Numbered from the stretch's first letter, positions 32,602 to 43,058 are shown. The stretch is DNA of 64,000 nucleotides from Escherichia coli (GCF_003790525.1 NZ_CP033635.1), one strand, 5' to 3'. The notes: generated by a model not told the origin, from the letters alone. Program-made: numbers and translations.

Positions 32602-34509
32602 ATGTCATTAATCAGTATGCATGGCGCATGGCTGTCGTTCAGCGACGCGCCGCTTCTCGATAACGCAGAACTGCATATCGAAGATAACGAACGTGTTTGT
32701 CTGGTAGGTCGTAACGGCGCAGGCAAATCGACGTTAATGAAGATCCTCAACCGTGAACAGGGGCTGGATGACGGTCGCATTATTTATGAGCAAGATTTGA
32801 TTGTAGCTCGTCTGCAACAGGATCCGCCGCGTAACGTTGAGGGTAGCGTTTATGATTTCGTTGCCGAAGGCATTGAAGAACAAGCGGAATATCTGAAACG
32901 CTATCACGATCTTTCGCGCCTGGTGATGAACGACCCGAGCGAGAAAAATCTCAACGAACTGGCGAAGGTTCAGGAACAGCTGGATCACCACAACCTGTGG
33001 CAGCTGGAAAACCGCATCAACGAAGTGCTGGCGCAACTGGGATTAGATCCTAATGTTGCGCTGTCGTCGCTTTCCGGCGGCTGGTTGCGTAAAGCGGCAT
33101 TAGGACGCGCGCTGGTGAGCAATCCGCGTGTATTGCTGCTCGACGAACCGACTAACCACCTGGATATTGAAACCATCGACTGGCTGGAAGGGTTCCTCAA
33201 AACCTTCAATGGGACAATTATTTTCATTTCCCACGACCGTTCGTTTATCCGCAATATGGCGACGCGCATTGTTGATCTCGATCGCGGCAAGCTGGTGACC
33301 TATCCAGGGAATTACGACCAGTACCTGCTGGAAAAAGAAGAAGCCCTGCGCGTGGAAGAATTACAAAATGCCGAGTTCGATCGCAAACTGGCGCAGGAAG
33401 AGGTGTGGATCCGCCAGGGGATCAAAGCGCGCCGTACCCGTAATGAAGGCCGCGTACGCGCCCTGAAAGCAATGCGCCGTGAACGTAGCCAGCGCCGTGA
33501 GGTCATGGGGACGGCAAAGATGCAGGTGGAAGAAGCCAGCCGCTCCGGAAAGATCGTTTTCGAAATGGAAGACGTTTGCTACCAGGTTGACGGTAAGCAA
33601 CTGGTGAAAGATTTTTCTGCCCAGGTTCTACGTGGCGACAAAATTGCCCTGATTGGCCCGAATGGGTGCGGCAAAACCACGCTGCTGAAACTGATGCTCG
33701 GTCAGCTTCAGGCGGACAGCGGGCGTATTCACGTTGGCACCAAACTGGAAGTGGCTTATTTCGATCAGCACCGTGCGGAACTGGATCCCGATAAAACGGT
33801 GATGGATAACCTTGCCGAAGGTAAGCAAGAGGTGATGGTTAACGGCAAGCCACGCCACGTATTGGGCTATTTGCAGGACTTCCTGTTCCATCCGAAACGG
33901 GCGATGACGCCGGTACGTGCGCTTTCTGGCGGTGAGCGGAACCGCTTGCTGCTGGCGCGTTTGTTCCTCAAACCAAGCAACTTATTGATTCTTGACGAAC
34001 CGACCAACGATCTTGATGTCGAAACGCTGGAACTGCTGGAAGAACTGATCGACAGCTACCAGGGCACGGTATTGCTGGTAAGCCACGATCGTCAGTTTGT
34101 CGATAACACCGTTACAGAATGCTGGATCTTCGAAGGCGGCGGTAAAATTGGTCGTTATGTCGGCGGTTATCATGATGCCCGTGGTCAGCAAGAGCAGTAT
34201 GTGGCGCTCAAACAGCCTGCGGTGAAAAAAACCGAAGAAGCCGCCGCGGCAAAAGCAGAAACTGTAAAACGCAGCAGTAGCAAACTAAGCTATAAATTGC
34301 AGCGCGAACTGGAGCAGCTACCGCAATTGCTTGAAGATCTGGAGGCGAAGCTGGAAGCCCTACAGACGCAGGTGGCGGATGCTTCCTTCTTCAGTCAGCC
34401 CCATGAGCAGACACAAAAAGTGCTCGCTGATATGGCTGCTGCAGAGCAGGAGCTGGAGCAAGCCTTTGAACGCTGGGAGTATCTTGAAGCGTTAAAAAAT
34501 GGTGGCTGA
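32602..34509 (+). CDS. uup: ABC-F family ATPase Uup, 635 aa
   Basis: Two ABC cassettes (Walker A GRNGAGKST and GPNGCGKTT) with a C-terminal coiled-coil/DNA-binding tail; 11 bp after rlmL. Confidence 0.94.
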   Translation: MSLISMHGAWLSFSDAPLLDNAELHIEDNERVCLVGRNGAGKSTLMKILNREQGLDDGRIIYEQDLIVARLQQDPPRNVEGSVYDFVAEGIEEQAEYLKRYHDLSRLVMNDPSEKNLNELAKVQEQLDHHNLWQLENRINEVLAQLGLDPNVALSSLSGGWLRKAALGRALVSNPRVLLLDEPTNHLDIETIDWLEGFLKTFNGTIIFISHDRSFIRNMATRIVDLDRGKLVTYPGNYDQYLLEKEEALRVEELQNAEFDRKLAQEEVWIRQGIKARRTRNEGRVRALKAMRRERSQRREVMGTAKMQVEEASRSGKIVFEMEDVCYQVDGKQLVKDFSAQVLRGDKIALIGPNGCGKTTLLKLMLGQLQADSGRIHVGTKLEVAYFDQHRAELDPDKTVMDNLAEGKQEVMVNGKPRHVLGYLQDFLFHPKRAMTPVRALSGGERNRLLLARLFLKPSNLLILDEPTNDLDVETLELLEELIDSYQGTVLLVSHDRQFVDNTVTECWIFEGGGKIGRYVGGYHDARGQQEQYVALKQPAVKKTEEAAAAKAETVKRSSSKLSYKLQRELEQLPQLLEDLEAKLEALQTQVADASFFSQPHEQTQKVLADMAAAEQELEQAFERWEYLEALKNGG

Positions 34510-34638
34510 TCGCAAAATAGTCGATTTAAACAGAGACAGCTGACAACGGTAAAATTGCCTGATGAACTGGGTTTATCAGGCATGAAAACCAACACTTTGT
34601 TCGTCATCTGTAAAATAGCGCATCATTAAGGAGTACCA

Positions 34639-35892
34639 ATGTGCGAACATCATCATGCCGCGAAGCACATCCTGTGCTCGCAGTGTGACATGCTGGTGGC
34701 GTTACCGCGCCTTGAGCATGGTCAGAAAGCGGCATGTCCCCGGTGTGGCACAACGTTAACCGTGGCGTGGGATGCCCCTCGGCAGCGTCCCACCGCCTAT
34801 GCGTTGGCTGCACTGTTCATGCTGTTGCTGTCCAACTTGTTTCCTTTTGTGAATATGAACGTTGCGGGAGTCACCAGTGAAATTACATTACTGGAAATTC
34901 CCGGCGTGCTTTTTTCTGAGGACTACGCCAGCCTCGGCACCTTTTTCCTGTTGTTTGTGCAACTGGTTCCCGCGTTTTGTCTGATAACCATTCTGTTACT
35001 GGTGAATCGCGCGGAATTACCGGTCCGTTTAAAAGAGCAACTGGCACGGGTGCTTTTTCAACTCAAAACCTGGGGAATGGCGGAAATTTTCCTCGCGGGA
35101 GTGCTGGTCAGTTTCGTTAAACTGATGGCCTACGGCAGCATTGGTGTCGGCAGTAGCTTTCTCCCCTGGTGTTTATTTTGTGTCCTGCAACTGCGCGCCT
35201 TTCAGTGCGTTGATCGTCGCTGGTTATGGGACGATATCGCCCCGATGCCAGAACTGCGCCAGCCGCTAAAACCTGGCGTCACGGGGATACGTCAGGGGCT
35301 GCGTTCTTGCTCCTGTTGTACGGCAATCCTTCCTGCTGATGAACCCGTATGCCCGCGCTGTGGTACTAAAGGGTACGTTCGGCGTAGAAACAGCCTGCAG
35401 TGGACACTCGCGCTGCTTGTAACGTCCATCATGCTGTACCTTCCGGCTAATATTTTGCCCATCATGGTGACGGATTTATTAGGCTCGAAGATGCCATCGA
35501 CGATTCTCGCTGGGGTCATCCTGTTATGGAGCGAAGGATCTTATCCCGTCGCTGCGGTTATCTTTCTGGCCAGTATTATGGTGCCAACGTTAAAGATGAT
35601 CGCCATAGCGTGGTTGTGTTGGGATGCCAAAGGGCATGGCAAGCGCGACAGTGAAAGAATGCATTTGATTTATGAAGTTGTTGAGTTTGTAGGCCGCTGG
35701 TCGATGATTGACGTTTTCGTTATCGCGGTGCTCTCGGCGCTGGTGCGTATGGGAGGTTTAATGAGTATTTATCCGGCAATGGGTGCATTAATGTTTGCTT
35801 TAGTCGTCATAATGACAATGTTTTCTGCTATGACGTTTGACCCGCGTTTGTCGTGGGATCGTCAACCTGAATCAGAGCATGAGGAGTCCTGA
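34639..35892 (+). CDS. pqiA: Paraquat-inducible inner membrane protein PqiA, 417 aa
   Basis: Duplicated PqiA module, each with a CxxC...CxxC zinc-ribbon-like motif followed by transmembrane helices. Confidence 0.92.
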   Translation: MCEHHHAAKHILCSQCDMLVALPRLEHGQKAACPRCGTTLTVAWDAPRQRPTAYALAALFMLLLSNLFPFVNMNVAGVTSEITLLEIPGVLFSEDYASLGTFFLLFVQLVPAFCLITILLLVNRAELPVRLKEQLARVLFQLKTWGMAEIFLAGVLVSFVKLMAYGSIGVGSSFLPWCLFCVLQLRAFQCVDRRWLWDDIAPMPELRQPLKPGVTGIRQGLRSCSCCTAILPADEPVCPRCGTKGYVRRRNSLQWTLALLVTSIMLYLPANILPIMVTDLLGSKMPSTILAGVILLWSEGSYPVAAVIFLASIMVPTLKMIAIAWLCWDAKGHGKRDSERMHLIYEVVEFVGRWSMIDVFVIAVLSALVRMGGLMSIYPAMGALMFALVVIMTMFSAMTFDPRLSWDRQPESEHEES

Positions 35893-35896
35893 CAGT

Positions 35897-37537
35897 ATGG
35901 AATCTAATAATGGGGAAGCCAAAATCCAGAAAGTGAAGAACTGGTCTCCCGTGTGGATATTTCCTATCGTCACGGCGCTCATTGGGGCCTGGGTTCTTTT
36001 TTATCATTACAGCCATCAGGGGCCGGAAGTGACCCTGATCACCGCGAATGCGGAAGGAATAGAAGGTGGTAAAACCACCATTAAAAGCCGTAGCGTTGAC
36101 GTCGGCGTGGTTGAAAGCGCCACACTGGCTGATGATTTGACGCACGTTGAAATCAAAGCGCGGCTGAATTCCGGTATGGAAAAATTGCTGCATAAAGATA
36201 CCGTCTTTTGGGTGGTGAAACCGCAGATTGGTCGAGAAGGGATTAGCGGCCTGGGAACGCTGCTGTCTGGGGTTTATATCGAACTGCAGCCAGGCGCAAA
36301 AGGCAGCAAAATGGATAAATACGATTTGCTGGACTCGCCACCGTTGGCCCCGCCTGATGCGAAAGGTATCCGTGTGATTCTCGATAGCAAAAAAGCCGGG
36401 CAGCTCTCGCCAGGAGATCCCGTGCTGTTCCGTGGCTATCGGGTAGGTTCGGTTGAAACCAGCACCTTCGATACGCAAAAACGCAATATCAGCTATCAAC
36501 TGTTCATCAATGCACCTTATGACCGACTGGTGACCAGCAATGTTCGCTTCTGGAAAGATAGTGGCATTGCGGTTGATTTGACGTCAGCGGGAATGCGTGT
36601 GGAGATGGGCTCATTGACAACGCTGCTTAGTGGCGGTGTCAGCTTTGATGTGCCGGAAGGTCTGGATTTAGGGCAGCCAGTGGCACCGAAAACAGCTTTC
36701 GTTTTGTATGATGATCAGAAGAGCATTCAGGATTCGTTGTACACCGATCACATTGATTATCTGATGTTCTTTAAAGATTCGGTACGCGGTCTGCAACCGG
36801 GAGCTCCGGTAGAATTCCGGGGTATTCGCCTGGGTACCGTAAGCAAAGTGCCATTCTTTGCGCCGAATATGCGTCAGACATTTAACGATGATTACCGTAT
36901 TCCGGTACTGATTCGTATCGAGCCAGAGCGGCTGAAAATGCAGCTTGGAGAAAATGCGGATGTTGTTGAGCACCTTGGCGAATTGTTGAAACGTGGTTTA
37001 CGCGGATCGCTGAAAACCGGAAACCTGGTCACTGGCGCACTGTATGTTGATCTCGATTTCTATCCAAATACGCCTGCAATAACCGGTATTCGTGAATTTA
37101 ATGGTTATCAGATTATCCCGACCGTTAGCGGCGGTCTGGCGCAAATCCAGCAACGACTGATGGAAGCGTTGGATAAGATCAACAAACTGCCATTGAATCC
37201 GATGATTGAACAGGCAACCAGTACGCTTTCTGAAAGTCAGCGCACAATGAAAAACCTGCAAACGACGCTGGATAGCATGAACAAGATCCTCGCCAGCCAG
37301 TCGATGCAGCAGTTACCGACGGATATGCAGTCAACGTTGCGTGAATTGAATCGCAGTATGCAGGGCTTCCAGCCTGGCTCCGCAGCCTACAACAAGATGG
37401 TGGCGGATATGCAGCGACTTGATCAGGTGTTGCGAGAACTGCAACCGGTGCTGAAAACGCTCAACGAGAAGAGTAACGCGCTGGTATTTGAAGCGAAGGA
37501 CAAAAAAGATCCAGAGCCGAAGAGGGCGAAACAATGA
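35897..37537 (+). CDS. pqiB: MCE-domain intermembrane transport protein PqiB, 546 aa
   Basis: N-terminal TM anchor, tandem MCE domains, long C-terminal coiled-coil; start placed at MESNNGEAKIQK. Confidence 0.92.
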   Translation: MESNNGEAKIQKVKNWSPVWIFPIVTALIGAWVLFYHYSHQGPEVTLITANAEGIEGGKTTIKSRSVDVGVVESATLADDLTHVEIKARLNSGMEKLLHKDTVFWVVKPQIGREGISGLGTLLSGVYIELQPGAKGSKMDKYDLLDSPPLAPPDAKGIRVILDSKKAGQLSPGDPVLFRGYRVGSVETSTFDTQKRNISYQLFINAPYDRLVTSNVRFWKDSGIAVDLTSAGMRVEMGSLTTLLSGGVSFDVPEGLDLGQPVAPKTAFVLYDDQKSIQDSLYTDHIDYLMFFKDSVRGLQPGAPVEFRGIRLGTVSKVPFFAPNMRQTFNDDYRIPVLIRIEPERLKMQLGENADVVEHLGELLKRGLRGSLKTGNLVTGALYVDLDFYPNTPAITGIREFNGYQIIPTVSGGLAQIQQRLMEALDKINKLPLNPMIEQATSTLSESQRTMKNLQTTLDSMNKILASQSMQQLPTDMQSTLRELNRSMQGFQPGSAAYNKMVADMQRLDQVLRELQPVLKTLNEKSNALVFEAKDKKDPEPKRAKQ

Positions 37538-38097
37538 AAAAGTGGCTAGTGACGATTGCAGCACTGTGGCTGGCCGGATGCAGCTCCGGCGAAATTAATA
37601 AAAACTATTACCAGTTACCTGTGGTGCAGGGCGGTACACAAAGTACCGCCAGCCAGGGTAATCGCCTGTTATGGGTAGAGCAGGTCGCTGTTCCTGACTA
37701 TCTGGCGGGAAATGGTGTGGTTTATCAAACCAGTGATGTGAAGTATGTGATTGCCAACAACAACTTGTGGGCCAGCCCGTTGGATCAACAGTTGCGCAAC
37801 ACTCTGGTTGCCAACCTGAGCACGCAACTGCCCGGCTGGGTGGTTGCCTCCCAGCCTCTGGGAAGCGCCCAGGATACGCTCAATGTTACCGTAACGGAGT
37901 TTAACGGGCGATATGATGGCAAGGTCATTGTCAGTGGTGAATGGCTGTTGAACCACCAGGGACAACTGATCAAACGTCCGTTCCGTCTGGAAGGGGTGCA
38001 AACTCAGGATGGTTACGATGAGATGGTTAAAGTACTGGCCAGTGTCTGGAGTCAGGAAGCCGCTTCTATTGCGCAAGAGATAAAGCGTCTACCTTAA
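37534..38097 (+). CDS. pqiC: Outer-membrane lipoprotein PqiC (YmbA), 187 aa
   Basis: Lipobox LAGC at the end of the signal peptide (MKKWLVTIAALWLAGCSS); overlaps the pqiB stop. Confidence 0.9.
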   Translation: MKKWLVTIAALWLAGCSSGEINKNYYQLPVVQGGTQSTASQGNRLLWVEQVAVPDYLAGNGVVYQTSDVKYVIANNNLWASPLDQQLRNTLVANLSTQLPGWVVASQPLGSAQDTLNVTVTEFNGRYDGKVIVSGEWLLNHQGQLIKRPFRLEGVQTQDGYDEMVKVLASVWSQEAASIAQEIKRLP

Positions 38098-38352
38098 TTA
38101 TAAAGATTTGTAAATATAACCGCCTCCGGTATGTTGCCTGAGGCGGTTTTTTTGTCTCTAACGTGCGGAAAAAGTTGTTCCTCTTCACATTTTTTGTACA
38201 ACTGACATGCCCGTGTAGCTCACAAATATGACAGTGGCGTGAATTTTGCGCATTGACGGCAGTTATGATTCGCGGTATTGCTTAACTGTGATTGCACATT
38301 TAGTAATCACTGTTTTCTTTTCCACCAGAAACCAGTATGAGGGAAACGAGGC

Positions 38353-38520
38353 ATGAAGAGACAAAAACGAGATCGCCTGGAACGGGCACATCAACGTGGT
38401 TATCAGGCCGGCATCGCCGGACGCTCAAAAGAAATGTGTCCCTATCAGACGCTGAATCAAAGGTCACAATGGCTGGGAGGCTGGCGAGAAGCCATGGCGG
38501 ACAGGGTAGTAATGGCCTGA
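38353..38520 (+). CDS. rmf: Ribosome modulation factor, 55 aa
   Basis: Translation MKRQKRDRLERAHQRGYQAGIAGRSKEMCPYQTLNQRSQWLGGWREAMADRVVMA matches Rmf; the overlapping 65-aa ORF in the track is in another frame and is rejected. Confidence 0.93.
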   Translation: MKRQKRDRLERAHQRGYQAGIAGRSKEMCPYQTLNQRSQWLGGWREAMADRVVMA

Positions 38521-38537
38521 TTCTGTCTCTTTAAAAA

Positions 38538-38570
38538 GAAACCTCCGCATTGCGGAGGTTTCGCCTTTTT
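38538..38570. terminator. Bidirectional terminator between convergent rmf and fabA
   Basis: Stem cctccgca...tgcggagg flanked by A-run and T-run. Confidence 0.7.
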
Positions 38571-38589
38571 ATACTCTGTCTGATTATTA

Positions 38590-39108
38590 TCAGAAGGCAG
38601 ACGTATCCTGGAACAGACCGACTTTCAGGTCGCTGGCGGTATAGATCAGACGACCATCAACCAGCACTTCGCCATCTGCCAGACCCATAATCAGACGACG
38701 ATTAACAATGCGTTTAAAGTGAATACGGTAGGTTACTTTTTTCGCTGTCGGCAGTACCTGACCAGTGAATTTCACTTCGCCAACGCCCAGCGCGCGGCCT
38801 TTACCTTCGCCGCCCAGCCAGCCGAGGTAGAACCCTACCAGCTGCCACATTGCGTCCAGGCCCAGGCATCCCGGCATAACCGGATCGCCAATGAAGTGGC
38901 ATCCGAAGAACCACAGATCCGGATTGATATCCAGCTCTGCTTCAACATACCCTTTGTCGAAGTTACCACCCGTTTCGGTCATTTTGACCACACGGTCCAT
39001 CATCAGCATGTTCGGTGCTGGCAATTGCGGGCCTTTAGCGCCAAACAGTTCACCGCGACCAGAGGCAAGAAGGTCTTCTTTTGTATAGGATTCGCGTTTA
39101 TCTACCAT
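38590..39108 (-). CDS. fabA: 3-hydroxydecanoyl-ACP dehydratase/isomerase, 172 aa
   Basis: Matches FabA from [30 protein letters not shown]; the ORF-track 238-aa extension runs through the promoter and is rejected. Confidence 0.95.
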
Positions 39109-39146
39109 GTTCTCTGTAAGCCTTATTTTATTGAAGCACGCAGGAT

Positions 39147-39164
39147 AGCTAACACGTGTACGCT
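39147..39164 (-). promoter_or_regulatory. FabR operator in the fabA promoter
   Basis: 18-bp palindrome agctaacacgtgtacgct (reverse complement AGCGTACACGTGTTAGCT) matching the FabR box. Confidence 0.75.
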
Positions 39165-39165
39165 G

Positions 39166-39182
39166 AACAAGTCCGATCAGTT
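39166..39182 (-). promoter_or_regulatory. FadR activator site in the fabA promoter
   Basis: Minus-strand AACTGATCGGACTTGTT matches the FadR consensus (AACTGGTCNGACCTGTT) at the expected -40 position; it overlaps the ycbZ stop codon. Confidence 0.7.
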
Positions 39183-40937
39183 CGGAATAAACCAGTTCAG
39201 CCAACGTAATGGCCATGGAAAACGGTGACGTCCTTCCTGTTGCGATGCTTGTGCGATACGTTCCTGGATGGTTTGCATCAGCGTCGTTTGGCCTTCGCCA
39301 TCCCACACCAGATTTAATAATAACGGCAGTGCGTCAGTCACATCGTCTACTGCCCAGATGGTGAATTTGCCTTCTTCTACCGCTTTCACCAGTTCACTGT
39401 GAAGACTTAAATGGCGAACGTTAGCAGTGGGGATAATGACACCTTGTTTCCCCGTTAACTCACGTTGCTGGCAAATAGCAAAGAAGCCTTCGATTTTCTC
39501 ATTTAAACCACCGACTGGCTGGGCGCGACCGAACTGATCGACTGAACCTGTGATAGCGATACTCTGATTCACCGGCACATCGGCGAGGGCGCTGATCAGG
39601 GCGCAGAGTTCAGCCATCGAGGCACTATCGCCATCCACTTCACTGTATGACTGCTCAAATGTCAGCGATGCTGAGAAGGGGATCTGTTGCTCAAGCTGTA
39701 GTTCCGACATCAGGAACGCTTGCATGATCATCATCCCTTTCGCATGGATATTGCCGCCAAGCTCCGCTTTGCGTTCGATGTCGGTGAATTCACCATCGCC
39801 AATATGCACAACGCAGCTAATGCGAGAAGGTTCGCCAAAAGCGCGTGGATGACCCGGAAATTCAATGACCGAAAGGGCGTTAATTTGCCCGATGCGTTCG
39901 CCTTCGGTTTCAATCAGGATTTGCTCCTGAAGGATCTCATCCTGCATGCGTTCAGCGAGGAAACCTTCACGCCATTCACGCTGCTGCAGCATTAAGTTTA
40001 GCTGCTCGCCGGAGAAGGTGTCGCCATCGCACAGGGAGGCGACCTCTTTACACTGGCGGAGGATCCACTGCGGGCTAAGCGGAAGTGTTTCTTGTTCACC
40101 GGTGTAGCGGGCTGCTTCGCGGATAAGTACTGGCCAGGCATCCGCTCCCGGTGCAGGTAAGTGATTATGTCTTGCGGTCAATGTTACCCAGCGACACCAC
40201 TGGCTTACTGACTCCGCATCGACAATCTGCAGAGTATCTTCAAATTCGCTATAAATAGCCTGCTCTGAAAGCTCTGGTTCCATCTCCTGGAAATCAGCCA
40301 ATGATTCACGTTCGCCTACCAGAATGACTTTCAGCTTCAATGGCATCGAAGGCACAGAGACGGGGAGAGGGCGCGACTCATCAAACGCAACCCAGTCAAA
40401 ACGCTCGCGGTTAACGATATTTTTCAGCCGCATCCACAGCAGAGGTTGCGCCAGCAGTGTACGCAAAGAGATGATGAGAATACCGCCATTTGCCTGATGC
40501 ACCAGACCAGGCTGCAGGGTAATGTCGCCATTAAACTGGCGCAGGCAGCCAAAGAGTTGTTCCGCTTCTACCCAGTCGGCAGCGACAACTTGCGTTAAAG
40601 TCGCAAAATTATCATCTGCACTCACTGCGTTACGTAAGCGGATGGTGTGCCCGGAAACCTCATAGTGACAGCCCACCAGTTGGCCTGCATCGCTTTGTAG
40701 CGCACGCGCGGCATCGGCAATAAGATTCAGATACTCAGACTCTTCCGGGGCCTTCGCCAGCATAAAAGAGGAGGATGCTCGCGTATGCAGCAACTGCTCC
40801 AGCGCAAATTGCAGTCGCGGTTGAGTATCACTGAATAAAGGATCGTTTTCGTCAATCAAATGTGGCTGAGCAAATATTTCCTGATAGCTATCGGTATCAG
40901 GAACCAGGTCACGCCATGCAAGTTTCGTAATGGTCAA
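39177..40937 (-). CDS. ycbZ: Lon-like protease homolog YcbZ, 586 aa
   Basis: C-terminal Lon S16 proteolytic domain with the catalytic serine in DGDSAS and the partner lysine in GGLNEKIEG; no canonical Walker A (GxxxxGK[ST]) visible in the N-terminal part. Confidence 0.9.
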
Positions 40938-41122
40938 AGTTGATGTTTTTTAGTCTGTTGTCAAAGCCGCGATTATACCGTAACCGGCACTGCAGCACAC
41001 GTAGAAAGCACCGACAATACTCCTGGCATGGGCGTTAAAGCTCACAGGATGGAGATTCTTTTCTTCACTGGCCCAAAAAGCTGATATTCTGTAAAGAGTT
41101 ACACGGTAACATTGAGATCGCT

Positions 41123-41575
41123 ATGAAATATCAACAACTTGAAAATCTTGAAAGCGGTTGGAAATGGAAGTATCTGGTGAAGAAGCATCGCGAAGGGGAG
41201 TTAATCACCCGTTACATAGAAGCCAGTGCCGCCCAGGAAGCCGTCGATGTGTTGCTCTCGCTGGAAAATGAACCCGTGCTGGTAAATAACTGGATTGATA
41301 AGCATATGAATCCGGAACTGGTCAATCGCATGAAGCAGACCATTCGGGCCAGACGGAAGCGCCATTTTAATGCGGAACACCAGCATACGCGCAAAAAATC
41401 GATCGATCTGGAATTTATTGTCTGGCAACGTCTGGCTGGTCTTGCGCAGCGTCGCGGTAAAACGCTTTCTGAAACGATTGTTCAGCTGATTGAAGATGCG
41501 GAAAACAAAGAGAAATACGCGAATAAAATGTCTTCTCTGAAGCAGGATCTGCAGGCATTGCTGGGTAAGGAATAA
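41123..41575 (+). CDS. matP: Macrodomain Ter protein MatP, 150 aa
   Basis: Matches MatP ([26 protein letters not shown]...), with C-terminal coiled-coil. Confidence 0.93.
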   Translation: MKYQQLENLESGWKWKYLVKKHREGELITRYIEASAAQEAVDVLLSLENEPVLVNNWIDKHMNPELVNRMKQTIRARRKRHFNAEHQHTRKKSIDLEFIVWQRLAGLAQRRGKTLSETIVQLIEDAENKEKYANKMSSLKQDLQALLGKE

Positions 41576-41607
41576 CTGTCAAAAGTCACTTCAATTTACT
41601 AAAGGCG

Positions 41608-41638
41608 AAAAAAAACCCCGCAGCTGCGGGGTTTTTTA
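41608..41638. terminator. Bidirectional terminator between convergent matP and ompA
   Basis: A-run, stem accccgcag / ctgcggggt, T-run. Confidence 0.75.
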
Positions 41639-41650
41639 CCAGACGAGAAC

Positions 41651-42703
41651 TTAAGCCTGCGGCTGAGTTACAACGTCTTTGATACCTTTAACTTCGATCT
41701 CTACGCGACGATCCGGAGCCAGGCAGTCGATCAGTGCAGCACGCTGTTTCACGTTGTCACAGGTGTTGCCAGTAACCGGGTTGGATTCGCCCATACCACG
41801 TGCGGAGATTTTGTCTGCCGGGATACCTTTAGAGATCAGGTAATCAACAACGGACTGAGCACGACGCTCGGACAGAGCCTGGTTGTAAGCGTCAGAACCG
41901 ATGCGGTCGGTGTAACCCAGAACAACTACGGAACCGTCTTTCGGATCCAGGTTGCTCAGCTGGCTGTACAGCTGATCCAGAGCAGCCTGACCTTCCGGTT
42001 TCAGGGTTGCTTTGTTGAAGTTGAACAGAACGTCAGACTTCAGAGTGAAGTGCTTGGTCTGTACTTCCGGTGCCGGAGCTGGAGCCGGAGCAACTACTGG
42101 AGCTGCTTCGCCCTGACCGAAACGGTAGGAAACACCCAGGCTCAGCATGCCGTTGTCCGGACGAGTACCGATGGTGTGTGCGTCACCGATGTTGTTGGTC
42201 CACTGGTATTCCAGACGGGTAGCGATTTCAGGAGTGATCGCGTACTCAACACCGCCAGCGAAGACCGGAGAAACGCCGGTGTCGTGGTCTTTAGTGGATG
42301 CGCCACCAGGTACGTTAGACTTGGTGTCTGCACGCCATACCATACCACCCAGACGAGTGTAAACGTCCAGATCGTCAGTGATTGGGTAACCCAGTTTAGC
42401 GGTCAGCTGAACGCCCTGAGCTTTGTATGCGCCGTTGATGTTGTCGCCTTTGTACGGCATACGACCTAACCAGTCGTAACCCATTTCAAAGCCAACATAC
42501 GGGTTAACCTGGTAACCACCAAAAGCACCTGCACCCAGTTGGTTTTCGTGGGTCGGACCATTGTTAGGAATAAAACCAGTGTCATGGTACTGGGACCAGC
42601 CCAGTTTAGCACCAGTGTACCAGGTGTTATCTTTCGGAGCGGCCTGCGCTACGGTAGCGAAACCAGCCAGTGCCACTGCAATCGCGATAGCTGTCTTTTT
42701 CAT
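41651..42703 (-). CDS. ompA: Outer membrane protein A, about 350 aa, non-K-12 loop allele
   Basis: Signal peptide [21 protein letters not shown], 8-strand barrel, APAPAPAP hinge, OmpA-like peptidoglycan-binding C-domain; loop regions ([22 protein letters not shown]) differ from K-12 as I recall it. Confidence 0.95.
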   Translation of the reverse strand: MKKTAIAIAVALAGFATVAQAAPKDNTWYTGAKLGWSQYHDTGFIPNNGPTHENQLGAGAFGGYQVNPYVGFEMGYDWLGRMPYKGDNINGAYKAQGVQLTAKLGYPITDDLDVYTRLGGMVWRADTKSNVPGGASTKDHDTGVSPVFAGGVEYAITPEIATRLEYQWTNNIGDAHTIGTRPDNGMLSLGVSYRFGQGEAAPVVAPAPAPAPEVQTKHFTLKSDVLFNFNKATLKPEGQAALDQLYSQLSNLDPKDGSVVVLGYTDRIGSDAYNQALSERRAQSVVDYLISKGIPADKISARGMGESNPVTGNTCDNVKQRAALIDCLAPDRRVEIEVKGIKDVVTQPQA

Positions 42704-43058
42704 TTTTTGCGCCTCGTTATCATCCAAAATACGCCATGAATATCTCCAACGAGATAACACGGTTAAATCCTTCACCGGGGATCTGCTCAATATTAACTCT
42801 ACCGATATCTTCGGCTTATGCCGAGCACCCCTGGCGATGTAAAGTCTACAACGTAGTTGAAAACTTACAAGTGTGAACTCCGTCAGGCATATGAAAAAAA
42901 AGTCTTGTATAAGGTACGTTTAATCTTTTTTGTCAGCGACAATTTACAGAAGAAAATCGCGGAAACCGCTTCAGACAAGCCTCTGCAAGGAAAATTAGTC
43001 ACGACTGAAAGCATTGGCTGGGCGACAAAAAAAGTTCCAGGATTAATCCTAAATTTAC

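Noticed and set aside
34510-34638. Short inverted repeat gcctgat...atcaggc downstream of uup as a possible terminator
   Set aside because: 7-bp stem with no T-tract; region more likely holds the SoxS-responsive pqiA promoter; not annotated.
38337-38534. 65-aa ORF from the track overlapping rmf
   Set aside because: It is in a different frame from the real 55-aa rmf reading frame (38353-38520), which gives the known Rmf sequence.
38719-39228. 169-aa plus-strand ORF antisense to fabA, plus the 238-aa extended fabA frame
   Set aside because: The antisense ORF spans fabA and its promoter. The extended sense frame runs through the FabR/FadR operator region, and the known FabA N-terminus ([13 protein letters not shown]) is internal to it.
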